Shown: positions 51,908 to 62,700, counted from the first letter of the stretch. The stretch: 64,000 nt of DNA from Candidatus Multivoradales bacterium (GCA_965248925.1 CBDFLE010000006.1:32001-96000); one strand, 5' to 3'. Numbers and translations are program-made. The notes: a model not told the origin generated them from the sequence alone.

Positions 51908-52246
51908 ACCTGCTTGATCTCCCCAGGTTGAAAAGGGGTCTCTGATGTCGAATCTAGAGCCACGGGCCACGGGCGCGGGCTCCGGTCTGTGGAGCGCTTC
52001 GGCTCCCGTCCTGTATCTCGGTACGGGCACTCACCTCCTGTCTAAAGACTTCTACCGAGACTAGCACGAATGTGGAGGAAATTTGCAACCCACTTGTAGC
52101 CAACCCCCCATCAGCAAAAGAAAAAGGCGCCCTGTATAGAGCGCCCAGCAAAAATCAGGCCCAAACCAACGGGTTGATCCCTCCCGCAGTAGAGATCAAA
52201 GTAAATCCGGTCCCAAGCCCCGCCGACTCAGAACACGGCCGTAAAC

Positions 52247-53953
52247 TCAGATCACCATCGCCAACCGCTTCGACATCACGGCGCCGGTGGTGGGATCGTG
52301 TAGGGAAATCAACAAACGGTGCGACTTCTTGCGCAGTTTGAGCTGGGTCTCAAAGACCACCACCTCACCCTGCTCGGGCCTCGAACCGACTTGGATAGTT
52401 ACCGGAACTACGGAGATATCGGCCCTGTCGCCACCCTCGTCGGTCGCCGCCACGCGCAGCTCGAGCGACGCGGCGTACCCCCCCTGATGCGCTAGCACCG
52501 CCACCTGGTCCAGCGGAATCTCCAGGCGAAGGGGTACGAGGATTTTGCGTAGGCCCGCGGCACTCGGTGCACCGAGTTCGGCGCCAAAGTCCTCCGCGAA
52601 CGGCAACGGTGTATCGAAAAGCTGGGCACTCTCGACCAACATAGTCACTTCGCTCTGCCGGGAGAGGTCGGTGAAGCTGGCACGGCTGCGCACTTTGAGC
52701 CCCTTGACTCGAGTCTTGACCTCGATCCGATGCTGCTCGTCGTTCTCCCGCCACTGGGGAGTGAAGCCCAGCCAGTAGTACGAGCGAGTGTCGTCCAGGA
52801 CGCCTTCGAGGGCACTCAAGCTGGCACCATCGATGAACGCACGGCCACCGGTTTGAGCTGCCAGATAGTGGAGAGAATCCTCGTTCAGCCAATCCCGTTG
52901 ACGAGACCGCTCGTCGGCGATAGAAGCGGCGAAGACACTGCGATGCTCGGCGCTGCCGTAAGTACGGCGTTCGAGCCCAGCGACATCGACCGGATAGAGG
53001 GTATAACCGAGACGGTTGGCGGTATCGATCAAGGGGCGGAAGGCGCGACGGCCGCCAGCAAGCCCCGAATAGGTGTGATTCTGCTGCGTGGAGTTGTAGT
53101 CGTAGCTACCGGCGGCCCAGGCTTCACCCGAGATCGGCCAGCCACCAGATAGCAGCAGCATGACTTTGCGGCCATCGGGCCTGGCGAAGCCGCGCAACGC
53201 CGAGGCGGCGGCAGCGGCCACCCGGGCGACCTGCAACTGACGCTCGCGGCCATAAGTGAGGGCGCCAGCGGGATAGTCGTAAGCGCCGCGGAAGCCAACA
53301 TTGGCGAAACCCCTGCCGCCGAAACCACTACCCAAACCACGGCGGTAGAAGCGGTGGGTCGAGTCCAAGTTGCGCTCCTGGGCCAACCAGCGCAGCCCGT
53401 AAGATCGGCGCTCCTTGGCACCTTCCAACACCCGCGTCAGCTCGCGGGTCGACTTCGACCAGGTTGACAGCAACTGCACCTGGCCACCATCAAAAGCAAC
53501 CACCGCCATGCTGTCCTTAGGTCCCAGCTGCGACAGCTGGCCGATCACCCGGTCGATCACCCGATTGCGGTGGGACGGCAAGGCAAAAAGATCGTCGATG
53601 AACACCAAGAAACGGGTACCGACCGTATCGCCAGCGCGAAACGCCGGCAAGGCCACGGACTGGGAGTGAACTTGGGAGGTCACCGCCTGTCCCGCCGAAA
53701 CCTCGGTGAAGAAGTCGATCGGCACCTCGGTGCCATCGATCAGCAGGGCGAAGTCCTGGGGACCGAGACCCACCACCCGGTCGCCCTTCTGGGTCACCAC
53801 TACTTCCAGATTCAGCACCCGGACGTCGACGATCTCGCCGAAGGCAGCAGACAAATCGGCCGCCTCGTCGGCAGCGATCGGCAGAGCCATGAGCAAGAGC
53901 AACATCACCGCCAGGGTGAGTGTTGTGAGTTTGGCGAAGCTTGAATTTTTCAT
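52247..53953 (-). CDS. VWFA-related (Acidobacterial-type) exported protein
   Basis: VDVRVLNLEVVVT, FLVFID, RKVMLLLSGG, LAAQTGG, SYYWLGF, VRSR. Confidence 0.88.
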   Translation of the reverse strand: MKNSSFAKLTTLTLAVMLLLLMALPIAADEAADLSAAFGEIVDVRVLNLEVVVTQKGDRVVGLGPQDFALLIDGTEVPIDFFTEVSAGQAVTSQVHSQSVALPAFRAGDTVGTRFLVFIDDLFALPSHRNRVIDRVIGQLSQLGPKDSMAVVAFDGGQVQLLSTWSKSTRELTRVLEGAKERRSYGLRWLAQERNLDSTHRFYRRGLGSGFGGRGFANVGFRGAYDYPAGALTYGRERQLQVARVAAAAASALRGFARPDGRKVMLLLSGGWPISGEAWAAGSYDYNSTQQNHTYSGLAGGRRAFRPLIDTANRLGYTLYPVDVAGLERRTYGSAEHRSVFAASIADERSRQRDWLNEDSLHYLAAQTGGRAFIDGASLSALEGVLDDTRSYYWLGFTPQWRENDEQHRIEVKTRVKGLKVRSRASFTDLSRQSEVTMLVESAQLFDTPLPFAEDFGAELGAPSAAGLRKILVPLRLEIPLDQVAVLAHQGGYAASLELRVAATDEGGDRADISVVPVTIQVGSRPEQGEVVVFETQLKLRKKSHRLLISLHDPTTGAVMSKRLAMVI

Positions 53954-54228
53954 CGTTTTCCGCTCTATTTGAAACGCGACTGGAGGGCCGCGAAGTCGTT
54001 GTGTTGCGTCTTCAGGGCCGCCCCGGAGGGCGACCTTGCCTTGCCATACAGCAAAGCGCGTACCAACTTCGGGATTGGGTCAAGAAAGGCGGCAAACAAA
54101 GGGAGATGGCCCAGATTGGCGCAGCGGAGAAGCAGCTCTGGACCGGCGCTGTCCTCGGCTGGGGACGGGGTGCGGCGCTCGCCGAGGGCGATGAAGCCAG
54201 GGGCGGGCAACCAATACCTGGAATTAGC

Positions 54229-54263
54229 AAAAGGCCCCGGTCACTGCTGCAACCGAGGCCTTT
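54229..54263 (-). terminator. Intrinsic terminator
   Basis: AAAGGCCTCGGT-loop-ACCGGGGCCTTTT on the minus strand. Confidence 0.7.
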
Positions 54264-54343
54264 CGGGTCTGTTTTGGTGGCGTTGGGTCTCCCCCCTCAA
54301 GCGGGGAAGCTCTCCGCGAGCCACTTTGACTGCGGAGCTTCCC

Positions 54344-54382
54344 CTAGGGGGTCGCCACCTCTGTCAAACCGTAATTATCCAC
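54344..54382 (-). CDS. Putative 12-aa micropeptide MDNYGLTEVATP
   Basis: AAGGAGGTGA (54387-54396), then TTCT, GTG start and TAG stop. Confidence 0.45.
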   Translation of the reverse strand: MDNYGLTEVATP

Positions 54383-54505
54383 AGAATCACCTCCTTCTTG
54401 GGGCGAGTCCTCAAACGGCGGTACCCAAACCGCCCAGCTCCGGAAGCCGCCCAACGCCTCGACGGAACCGCCACACCGCATGGATGTGGAGCTTCAGAGA
54501 CCTCC

Positions 54506-54534
54506 ATGGTGAAATAGGCGGCGCCGGATGTCAA
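54506..54534 (-). promoter_or_regulatory. Sigma70-like promoter
   Basis: TTGACA-17 bp-CACCAT. Confidence 0.55.
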
Positions 54535-54609
54535 TATGAGCAGGCAACATTGGCCGCCCAACAATCGGTCTGCCGTTAGCTCAAGCAACCTCAAAGGAAT
54601 CGAATTACG

Positions 54610-54846
54610 ATGAACGAATGGCTGTCAATCGCCACGGAGGGGCCGGTGGTCCGGCGGGGCCTGCTCTACGCTCTGATCGTCGGCTGCGTCTTGATCACCA
54701 TCAACCACGGCGACGCCCTGATGCGCGGCGAAGTGAACGGCCGGCTGCTGCTGAAGATGGGACTGACCACGCTGGTGCCCTTCCTGGTATCGACTTTTTC
54801 GAGCGTGGGCGCCTTGCGCCGAGCGCGGCGGCAATCCAATGGCTAA
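54610..54846 (+). CDS. nrtS: NrtS-family small membrane protein
   Basis: ALIVG.VL..INHGD..LT.LVPFLVST pattern. Confidence 0.75.
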   Translation: MNEWLSIATEGPVVRRGLLYALIVGCVLITINHGDALMRGEVNGRLLLKMGLTTLVPFLVSTFSSVGALRRARRQSNG

Positions 54847-57010
54847 CGCGATGACCCGGGCGATGCCCCAGCGACTCGCCCGGCGGCTCATCGCCCGACA
54901 GCCGATCGCCGGGTGGCTCCTCGGTTTGCTCAGCCTGGGGGCCGCCGCGGTCGTGATATTTGCCGTCGATCTGACGCCGCAGGTAGGGGCAGACTTCTTC
55001 TTCTCCACCGACGATCCACAGCTACGGGCATCGCAACAGATCGCCGACCTATTCCCGGCCGGTGAGCAGCTCTTGCTGTCAGCGACCAGCGAAGATCCCT
55101 TTGCCAGCGAGTCGTTGGAGCGCCTCGAGGCCCTGTGCCAGGAACTCGAGCAAGTCGCCGGCATCGGCGCCGTGCAGAGCCTCACTCGGGGCCCGTCAAG
55201 CCCGCAGAAAGTAGCCCAAAGCCCGCTGTGGAAGCGCCTACTGCTGACCGACAGTCCACATATCAGCCAGTTGGTGGTGACCCTCGACCGGGGCCTCGAC
55301 GGTGCGGCCAGCGGCCGCCTGGTGGATGCTGTCGAACAGCTCATCGCCAGCCACAGCTCGCCAGATTTCAGACTGCGGATCTCGGGAGCGCCTTACGTGG
55401 TGGAACTGATCCGCCGCCATCTGAAGCAAGATCTGCGGCTCTTCAGCCTTTTCTCGCTGGCCGTCTTCGGGCTGGTGATCGGGCTGGTGTATCGTTCGCC
55501 GCGGGTGGTCCTCGGCACTCTGACCACCTGCTTGGCAGCCTGTGCGGTGACCCTCGCCTTGCTGCCGTGGGTAGGGGTCGCGATCGGGCCGCTGACCGCC
55601 AATTTGGTCACCATCATTTTTGTACTGACCCTGTCGCACATGGTTTTCTTGACCGCCAACTGGCGATTGGCGTGGACCACCGCCAAGGACTCCGCCGCCG
55701 GCTCCGACAGCGCCTTGGTGGTCGCCACCGAGCGCACCCTGGGCGCCTCGTTCTGGGCCATGGCAACCACCGTCTTGGGATTCTCCAGCCTGCTGCTAGC
55801 CTCCGCCAAACCGCTGCGCGAACTGGGCGCCGCCGGTGCTCTTGGAACGGTGGTAGCGATCGTTCTAGCTTACGGGCTCTACCCCGCTTTCTTGCGCCAC
55901 GGCACGCCGCGAAGGGCGCGCGCGACCACCTCTCGCGCGGCCAAACCGTTGCCGACTTGGGGCTGGCCGGCACTGGCACTGCTATTGACCTCCTTAGCCG
56001 CTTGGGGCTTACCCAAGCTCGACACTGACCCCGGCCTGCTGAGCTACTTTGCTGAGCACAGCGAGATCCGCGCCGGCCTTGAGCATTTCGATCGTCATGG
56101 CGGCTCTAGCCCAATGTTGCTGGTGGTCAGAGCGGCAGACCGCCAGCGGCTCGATCAAGGCGCACCAGCGAAGCAGCTCGAAGACTTGCAAGAGCTGCTC
56201 GAAACCGACCCGGAAGTTGGCATGGCGTTGTCGCTACCGGTGCTGTTGGCTGAGGCTCGCCAGGTGCCCTTCTCCTTCTTACTCTCCACCGACAAGCTGC
56301 TCGACCTGCTCGACAGCGAGCGCTATCAACGGGTGGCCAGCAGCTTCATTACCCGCCAGCGCGACCAGGCCCTGTTCTTGCTGCGCCTGCGCGAGTCCGG
56401 GCGTCAAGCACCTCGGCGGGAGATCATCGAACGGCTGCGCGGGCAAGTCGCCAAAGCGGGGCTTGAGCTGGAGCTAGCCGGCGGTATCTACGATTTGCAA
56501 GCGCAACTCGGACTGCTGGTCCGAGGCAGCCTGATCCGGGGACTCGGCGGCCTGCTGCTGCTCTTCGTTGGAGTCGCCGCGGTGGTGTCGAGGAGTCCTC
56601 GATCAACCCTGTCGATGGTGCTCTGCCTGGGAGCGGTGCCGGTGTTGGTCTTGGGCGCATTCGGGCTCGCCGGTATTCCTCTCGATGTGATTTCTTCACC
56701 GGCCGCCAATGTTGCTATCGCCTTGGGTATCGACGCCATGATCCACCTGGTGGCGGCGATGCGCCGCCACGGCGGCCCGCCGGCGGTGGCTTGGGCGATG
56801 GCCCGTGAGGAACTGCGGCAACCAGTGTTAGGAGCAGCGCTAATCCTCGCCGCCGGCTTTGGCATCTTCTCCCTGTCGAGCTTTCCGCCGACCCAGCGCT
56901 TTGGTCTAGCCGTCGCCGCCGGCACCCTCTGCGCCGCCCTGCTGGCCTTATGGGTGCTACCGGTGCTGGCTGCCGGACGCTGGAGTCGGAGTCGAGGTCG
57001 GGCTGGATGA
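54839..57010 (+). CDS. MMPL/RND-family transporter
   Basis: Two repeats of a periplasmic loop plus TM bundle; TTVLGFSSL, GIDAMIH, GFGIFSLSSFPP. Confidence 0.85.
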   Translation: MANAMTRAMPQRLARRLIARQPIAGWLLGLLSLGAAAVVIFAVDLTPQVGADFFFSTDDPQLRASQQIADLFPAGEQLLLSATSEDPFASESLERLEALCQELEQVAGIGAVQSLTRGPSSPQKVAQSPLWKRLLLTDSPHISQLVVTLDRGLDGAASGRLVDAVEQLIASHSSPDFRLRISGAPYVVELIRRHLKQDLRLFSLFSLAVFGLVIGLVYRSPRVVLGTLTTCLAACAVTLALLPWVGVAIGPLTANLVTIIFVLTLSHMVFLTANWRLAWTTAKDSAAGSDSALVVATERTLGASFWAMATTVLGFSSLLLASAKPLRELGAAGALGTVVAIVLAYGLYPAFLRHGTPRRARATTSRAAKPLPTWGWPALALLLTSLAAWGLPKLDTDPGLLSYFAEHSEIRAGLEHFDRHGGSSPMLLVVRAADRQRLDQGAPAKQLEDLQELLETDPEVGMALSLPVLLAEARQVPFSFLLSTDKLLDLLDSERYQRVASSFITRQRDQALFLLRLRESGRQAPRREIIERLRGQVAKAGLELELAGGIYDLQAQLGLLVRGSLIRGLGGLLLLFVGVAAVVSRSPRSTLSMVLCLGAVPVLVLGAFGLAGIPLDVISSPAANVAIALGIDAMIHLVAAMRRHGGPPAVAWAMAREELRQPVLGAALILAAGFGIFSLSSFPPTQRFGLAVAAGTLCAALLALWVLPVLAAGRWSRSRGRAG

Positions 57011-58086
57011 AAATCGCCCTGCTACTTTCTGGCGGCGTCGACAGCTCGGTGGCCCTCGGCCTACTGCGCCGTCAAGGCCACGAAGTAGTGGCCTTCTACT
57101 TGAAGATCTGGCTCGAGGAAGAGTTGCAGGGACTCGGCGAATGCCCTTGGGAAGAGGATCTGAACTTCGCCCGAGCGGTCACCGATCAAGCCGGCGTGGC
57201 CTTGCGGGTGGTGCCTTTGCAGCAGGAGTACCACCAGCGAGTGGTCAGCTGGGCGATCGGCGAACTGCGGGCTGGCCGCACTCCGAGCCCCGACCTTTTT
57301 TGCAACCAGCGGGTCAAGTTCGGCGCCTTCTTCGAGCATCTACAGCAGCGGACCAACGCTTTCGATCGCATCGCCTCGGGCCACTATGCCCGCTTGTCGC
57401 GACCCCCAGGCGGGATTGAGCTGCGGCGGGCCGCCGACCCGGTGAAAGACCAGACTTACTTCCTGTCGCAAATGAGCCGGCAACAGCTGGAGCGCTGCGA
57501 ATTCCCGCTCGGGAGTTATCTCAAACAGCAAGTCAGGCGGCTCGCGGCGGAGTTGGAGCTACCCAATCGCGATCGACCGGACAGTCAGGGGATCTGCTTT
57601 CTCGGCAAGATCCCCTTCGACGACTTCGTGCGCAGCTACCTGGGCGAGCACCACGGCGAGATTCGCGATCGGCGCACTGGCCAACACCTGGGCGAGCATC
57701 GTGGCCACTGGTTTCACACCATTGGTCAGCGCAAGGGTCTCGGTTTGAGTGGCGGCCCGTGGTACGTAGTCGACAAGGACATCGCCAGCAACTGTCTGTG
57801 GGTGGCTCACGGTGAGCAGCTGGAGGAATACCGCCGCGATCGCTTCCGCCTGCTAGCTCCGAGCTGGTTAGCCGCGGTGCCAGCTCTCGGCCGCCGGCTG
57901 CAAGTGAAGGTCCGCCACACTCCCCGAGCCGCCGACTGTCGCTTAGCCGAGAGCGCGGACGGCAGCATCGAAGTGCTGCTAGACCAGCCGGACCCAGGTA
58001 TTGCGGTGGGCCAGTCGGCGGCGCTCTACGACGGCCAGCTATGCCTGGGTGGCGGCCAGATCGGTAGCTCTGCAAACCGCAGCTGA
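57007..58086 (+). CDS. mnmA: tRNA 2-thiouridine(34) synthase
   Basis: SGGVDSSV, TPSPDLFCNQRVKF, SGHYA, KDQTYFL, DSQGICF, TIGQRKGL. Confidence 0.96.
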   Translation: MKIALLLSGGVDSSVALGLLRRQGHEVVAFYLKIWLEEELQGLGECPWEEDLNFARAVTDQAGVALRVVPLQQEYHQRVVSWAIGELRAGRTPSPDLFCNQRVKFGAFFEHLQQRTNAFDRIASGHYARLSRPPGGIELRRAADPVKDQTYFLSQMSRQQLERCEFPLGSYLKQQVRRLAAELELPNRDRPDSQGICFLGKIPFDDFVRSYLGEHHGEIRDRRTGQHLGEHRGHWFHTIGQRKGLGLSGGPWYVVDKDIASNCLWVAHGEQLEEYRRDRFRLLAPSWLAAVPALGRRLQVKVRHTPRAADCRLAESADGSIEVLLDQPDPGIAVGQSAALYDGQLCLGGGQIGSSANRS

Positions 58087-58266
58087 GGGCAGCCCACGAC
58101 CGCGGGTCAAGATTTGAAGCGTCCTCCTCCTGAGCGGAATTGTCCGCGGATTCTCGCTTCAGCCGGTGTAGAATTTATAGTGTCATAGTTGACGATGCGG
58201 GCTCACGCCCAGTCCACGGTCACTCCAGGGTGGCTGCCTTCTTACGCCTCTTGCAGGAGGATCCCG

Positions 58267-59049
58267 ATGGCTGAAGAATTCCCCCGCGGTCGATTCGTTT
58301 GGTACGACCTGAAGTCCACTGACCCGGCGGGGTCGCAGAAGTTCTACACCGCTGTCATCGGCTGGAGCACCCAGACGATGGAGGGCATGGACACGCCCTA
58401 TGACATGTGGGTGAATGGCGAGGCGCCGCTGGGCGGCGTCGAGCAGCTGTCCCAAGAAGCCCAAGACGCCGGCACGCCAACCCATTGGGTGGCCTACGTC
58501 GCGACGCCAGATGTCGAAGCCACCGCCCAGCGGGCCACCGAACTCGGCGGCAAGGTGATAGTGCCTCCCACCGACCTCCCCGGTGAAGGCCGTTTTTGCG
58601 TTCTGCAAGACCCCCAGGGGGCCTTCATTTCGGCTTATTCGTCCAAGGGCGAGGTCGGTGGTGACGACGGCCCGCGCCAGGTCGGTGAATTCTCTTGGCA
58701 CGAGCTCATCACCTCCGACTACGCGGCCGCATTCACCTTCTACTCCGAGCTCTTCGGTTGGCAGAAGGGCGAGGCTATGGACATGGGACCGGCCGGCATG
58801 TACCAACTCTACGGCCGCACCGAATTGCCTTTAGGTGGCATGTTTAACAAGAGCGACGACATGCCGATGCCGCCGAGCTGGTTGCTTTATATTCGGGTCG
58901 CAGACATGGATCAAGCAATAGCCAGGGTGAAAGAGCATGGCGGCCAGATTGCCAATGGGCCGATGGAGGTGCCAGGCGGCGACCACATCACCCAATGCAT
59001 CGATCCCCAGGGCGGCGCCTTCGCTTTGCATCACGCCAGCAAAGGCTGA
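58267..59049 (+). CDS. Two-domain VOC/glyoxalase family protein
   Basis: GRFVWYDL..FY...GW and GEFSWHEL..FYSELFGW; DPQGA and DPQGG; AGGAGG SD. Confidence 0.9.
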   Translation: MAEEFPRGRFVWYDLKSTDPAGSQKFYTAVIGWSTQTMEGMDTPYDMWVNGEAPLGGVEQLSQEAQDAGTPTHWVAYVATPDVEATAQRATELGGKVIVPPTDLPGEGRFCVLQDPQGAFISAYSSKGEVGGDDGPRQVGEFSWHELITSDYAAAFTFYSELFGWQKGEAMDMGPAGMYQLYGRTELPLGGMFNKSDDMPMPPSWLLYIRVADMDQAIARVKEHGGQIANGPMEVPGGDHITQCIDPQGGAFALHHASKG

Positions 59050-59060
59050 GTCCTGATCAG

Positions 59061-59085
59061 GCTGGTCGCCGACCCGGCGGCCAGC
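59061..59085. terminator. Hairpin between convergent genes
   Basis: GCTGGTCGCCG-ACC-CGGCGGCCAGC. Confidence 0.45.
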
Positions 59086-59098
59086 ACCTTCCTTCGGT

Positions 59099-59527
59099 CT
59101 ACAGCCCGCCGTAACCCATCTGGTAGAGCATCCAGTAGATCACAACCCCGGTCACCGATACGTAGAGCCAGATCGGCAGCGTCCAGCGAGCGATCTTACG
59201 GTGCTTGTCGAAGCGCTCAGCCAGCGCTCGCCACAAGGTGATCGCCGCCAAGAAAGGCACCAAAGCGGCCAGCACCGTGTGACTGAGCAAGAGAGAGAGG
59301 TAGAAGGTCCGCACCGCGCCAGTACCCTGAAAACGCACCGAGCCAGCATGGAAATGGTAGGTCAGGTAGCTGATCAAGAACAGCACCGAACAGCTGAAGG
59401 CGATCAGCATGCAAGCCCGATGCGCGGCGATTCGCCGCTGACGGATGCAGGCAAAGCCGGTGACGAGGAACACCGCCGCCAGGGCGTTTAGGCTGGCGTT
59501 GACGGTGGGTAGGTCTGAGATCTGCAA
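59099..59527 (-). CDS. DUF420 membrane protein
   Basis: LPTVNASLN, HRACM, FLISY, HRKIARWTLPIWLYVSVTGV. Confidence 0.9.
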   Translation of the reverse strand: MQISDLPTVNASLNALAAVFLVTGFACIRQRRIAAHRACMLIAFSCSVLFLISYLTYHFHAGSVRFQGTGAVRTFYLSLLLSHTVLAALVPFLAAITLWRALAERFDKHRKIARWTLPIWLYVSVTGVVIYWMLYQMGYGGL

Positions 59528-59724
59528 AGGGAACCTCCGGTGGGGACGGCGGGATCCTATCTGAGTTCGGCATGCGTGGGCGATCTGCGGCCAAAATCTG
59601 CGGACGAGATGCGCGGCCAGGACCGATCACGAGGGGTTACAATCCCTCGCCTCCCCCTCCCGCCTCGCCAACTGCCTCGGCACCATCCCTTAGCCAGCCT
59701 TCGCCACCCCATCCCGTCACCCAC

Positions 59725-62700
59725 TCACGCCGCCTCTTTCAGCTCCGGCTTCTTCCGATTGTCGTCGGGATTGCGATCGATCAGCTTGTTGTAAGGATCA
59801 ATGCCGACTTCCACTGGCTTGGCATCAACGACTAACTCTACCTGGGTGGTGGCTTCGGTGAGGTGGTGCTTCTCGAAGTAGAGCACTTTCTCTTCGTCCT
59901 TGCCGTCGACTTTCTCGCGACTGAAAACCGCCACGTCGATCCAGTCGGCGACAGGAACCTCGCTTTCTTGGCCCTGGCCGTCGGCACGGAGTTTTCGCGC
60001 CGCCAGCTCCATCTGCACTTTGTAGCGGCCATCGGGGAGTTCTTCGTAGGTCGCCTCGACGACCTTGTTTTCGTACAGAGTGATAGTCTCGAAAAGGTCT
60101 TCAATGACGTATTGCAGGTGCTCAGGAGTCACCGCGCGGATCTCGTCGATGAGTTCGGCCGAGGTGGTGTACGGCGGCTGCTGGAAGGCCACCTTCTGGA
60201 CGAAGCTGCGAATGGCGCCGTTGAGCACCTCCTCGCCCAGGTAGTCACGCAGGGCGTACATCACCAGACTGCCTTTGCGGTAGTGGATGTAGGCCTGGTT
60301 CTCGACCAGCATCAGCGGCTGCTCTTCGATCAGCTCGCCGCCGCGACTCTGGAGATATCTGTCGAGTTCGTGCTTGAGGAAGCGGCGCATCTTGTCGCGG
60401 CCATAGTGCTTCTCCATCACCATCAATGCCGAATATTGCGCCATGGTCTCGATCAACATGGTCGAACCCTGCACCGCCGCCGGGATGACCTGGTGCCCCC
60501 ACCATTGGTGCGCTACCTCGTGCGCGGAGACGTAGAAAACGTAGTCCAGATCATCCTCGTCACTCAGGTCGGCGATGAAACCAATGGACTCCGAGAACGG
60601 GACGGTGTTGGCGAACGACTGGGCAAAACTAGCGTAGCGGGGAAACTCGAAGATCCGCATTTGGCGGAACTGGAAGGGCGAGAACTGGTCACCGAAATAA
60701 TCGAGAGACTGCTTGATCGCCTCCATCATGCGGTCGATGTTGTACTCGTGGCCAGCGTGGTGGAAGATCTCCAATTTGACTTCCTTGCCATCCGGCCCAC
60801 GCCACTGATCCCGCAGCACTTCGTAGCGTGCCGATAGGAAGGCATAGAAGTTGAGCATCGGCACACCCATCTTGTAGTGGAAATAGCGCCGCTCTCCATC
60901 GCGCCACTCGCGCTCTAGATTGCCGGGTGTGACCGCGATTTGGTCTGCCGATGTCGACACCGTGGCCTCAAAGGACACCCAATCGGAATCGTTGGAGAGA
61001 GCGTGGTTGCGGCGGGCGAAAGTATCGTCGATTTTGGGCATCCGCTCGAGCGGTTCGAGGCCCGCCTTGCGCCGCTTGTTACGGTCCTGCAACTCGCCTC
61101 CAGCTTGATAGCCGAGGGAAGGGAAGAACTGCCGGTTGTTGAAGAAGGTGCCATTGGCCACCACCTGATTGACCGGCCCATTGTTGACGAAGCCTTGGGC
61201 ATCGAAACTGACCTCGAAATCGAGCCGCGAGGTAGCGCCGGGAGCGAGCGGCTCCTTCAGGCGGTATTGGTAATAGCCATTGAGCTCGTCGGCCTCGGTG
61301 AGTTCAGCACCGGCGATCTCGAGCTTGCCTATCTCAGCGTTGGGTCCGATCGAGAGGTGCAGCTCATCGAGGGATTGATCGGTCTTGTTGGCCAGCAAGT
61401 AGTGGCCTCGCGCCTCCACCCGGCGTTCTTCGGGATAGATCTCGACCTCCACTCGCACGTCGGTGATCTTCGGCACCGGCCGATCCTTGAAGTGGCTATA
61501 TTTCTTCTCGAACTCAGCCTGCCGGTCTTCGGCCACGTCACCTGCAACGTACTTGTTGAGTAAGTTGGTGTTGTAAAAAATGAAGGCGCCAACGGCAATG
61601 AATCCGGCGAGGGAGGCCGCCAAGCCCAACTTGGTCAGTGGCCCGATCTGGCTGCTCGCCGCCCGCCAGCGCGACCGCCATCCGCTGTCAGTGCCGCGCC
61701 GCCAGAAGGCCGTGGCGGCGATCAACATCGCTACCGCCAGCAGGCTCCAATAGAGCCCGAACCAAAAGCGCCGCGCCACGAAGTGGCCGTAGCCGTTCAT
61801 GTCTGAGTAGGTGCCCAGCCCCGGCGAGGCGAAGCTGTAGAGGTTGTGGTCGAAGTCGAGCGCGCCTAGGATAATGTTGCTGATCAGGTAGATCATCATC
61901 AACAAATAGCCGACAAACTTGCTCTTCGAAAACACCTGAAAGAACAACGCCAAGACCAACACCAAGGCGAAAGTCAAGCCAGGGCCAAAGATCAAGCCCT
62001 TGAAATAAAGCCCGAGTTCGAGCTGATGATAGCCCTGAAATAGCTGGATCGAGATCGCGGTCAGCACACCAACCCCGAGAACCACCACCAACGCCATTAG
62101 CAATGCCGCCGCCTTGGCCAAGACCATCACCCAGTTGGGCACCGGCAGCGCGCCATAGACCTCGTGCAACTTCAGCGAGCGCTCTTTCCACACCAGCTCG
62201 CCAGCGTAGAAAGTCAGGATCACCGGCGCCAGAAAAAGGAAACTGCCACCCAATATGGTTAACATCCAATAGGTCACTGGCAGCACATCGGTGCCGACAA
62301 AACTGCCGATGTTGGCCGAGTTGCCCACCGTGTTGGCGACTCCGAAAAGCAGGATCACCAGGAAGGCCACACTACGCACCACGCTGCCCGTCTCGATGCG
62401 CACTTGCCGCCGCAGTTGCAGCAGCCGGGTAGCAAAGCCGTAAGTAGGCACGGCGGTGGGCAAATGCAGGTCGATGGCTACCGTCGGAGCGGCATCCTCT
62501 GCCACTTGGCCACGCTGGCGCCACTTCTTGGCCCCGCCCTCGAGCACGGTGGAATAGCGGAAACGGTAGATGGCGAAGAGCAGCATCGCCAACCCCAAGC
62601 CCATCCACAGCAGGCGATTCCACAGCAGCTGACCATCGAGAGGCGGAGTCAGCGTGTTGCGATCGAAAACCGTCCAATAGCGGGTGGTATTACTGATCGC

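Larger units (their letters stand above)
47963..52066 (-). repeat. Direct duplication: copies at about 47963-49550 and 50480-52066
   Basis: Two 1347-nt coding regions with long identical tracts plus conserved leader and terminator, separated by one unrelated plus-strand gene. Confidence 0.95.
54229..54500 (-). ncRNA. Putative structured small RNA or leader transcript (about 270 nt)
   Basis: Bounded by a promoter and a terminator; nested hairpin at 54276-54359; contains a strong SD and a tiny ORF. Confidence 0.5.

Noticed and set aside
51908-52030. 41-codon N-terminal extension of copy B from GTG 52030
   Set aside because: The start is not conserved in copy A (GCG), SD spacing is too short, and the extension would bury the signal peptide.
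54270-54400. tmRNA, tRNA or 16S rRNA fragment (CCACCA on minus; ATCACCTCCTT on plus)
   Set aside because: No T-arm GTTCGA, acceptor stem or other rRNA sequence; the match is better explained as a strong SD on the minus strand.
53941-54594. Long overlapping ORFs (212, 182, 81, 76 aa) in the VWFA-nrtS gap
   Set aside because: No recognisable protein features or SD; they run through strong hairpins and are likely GC-rich shadow ORFs.
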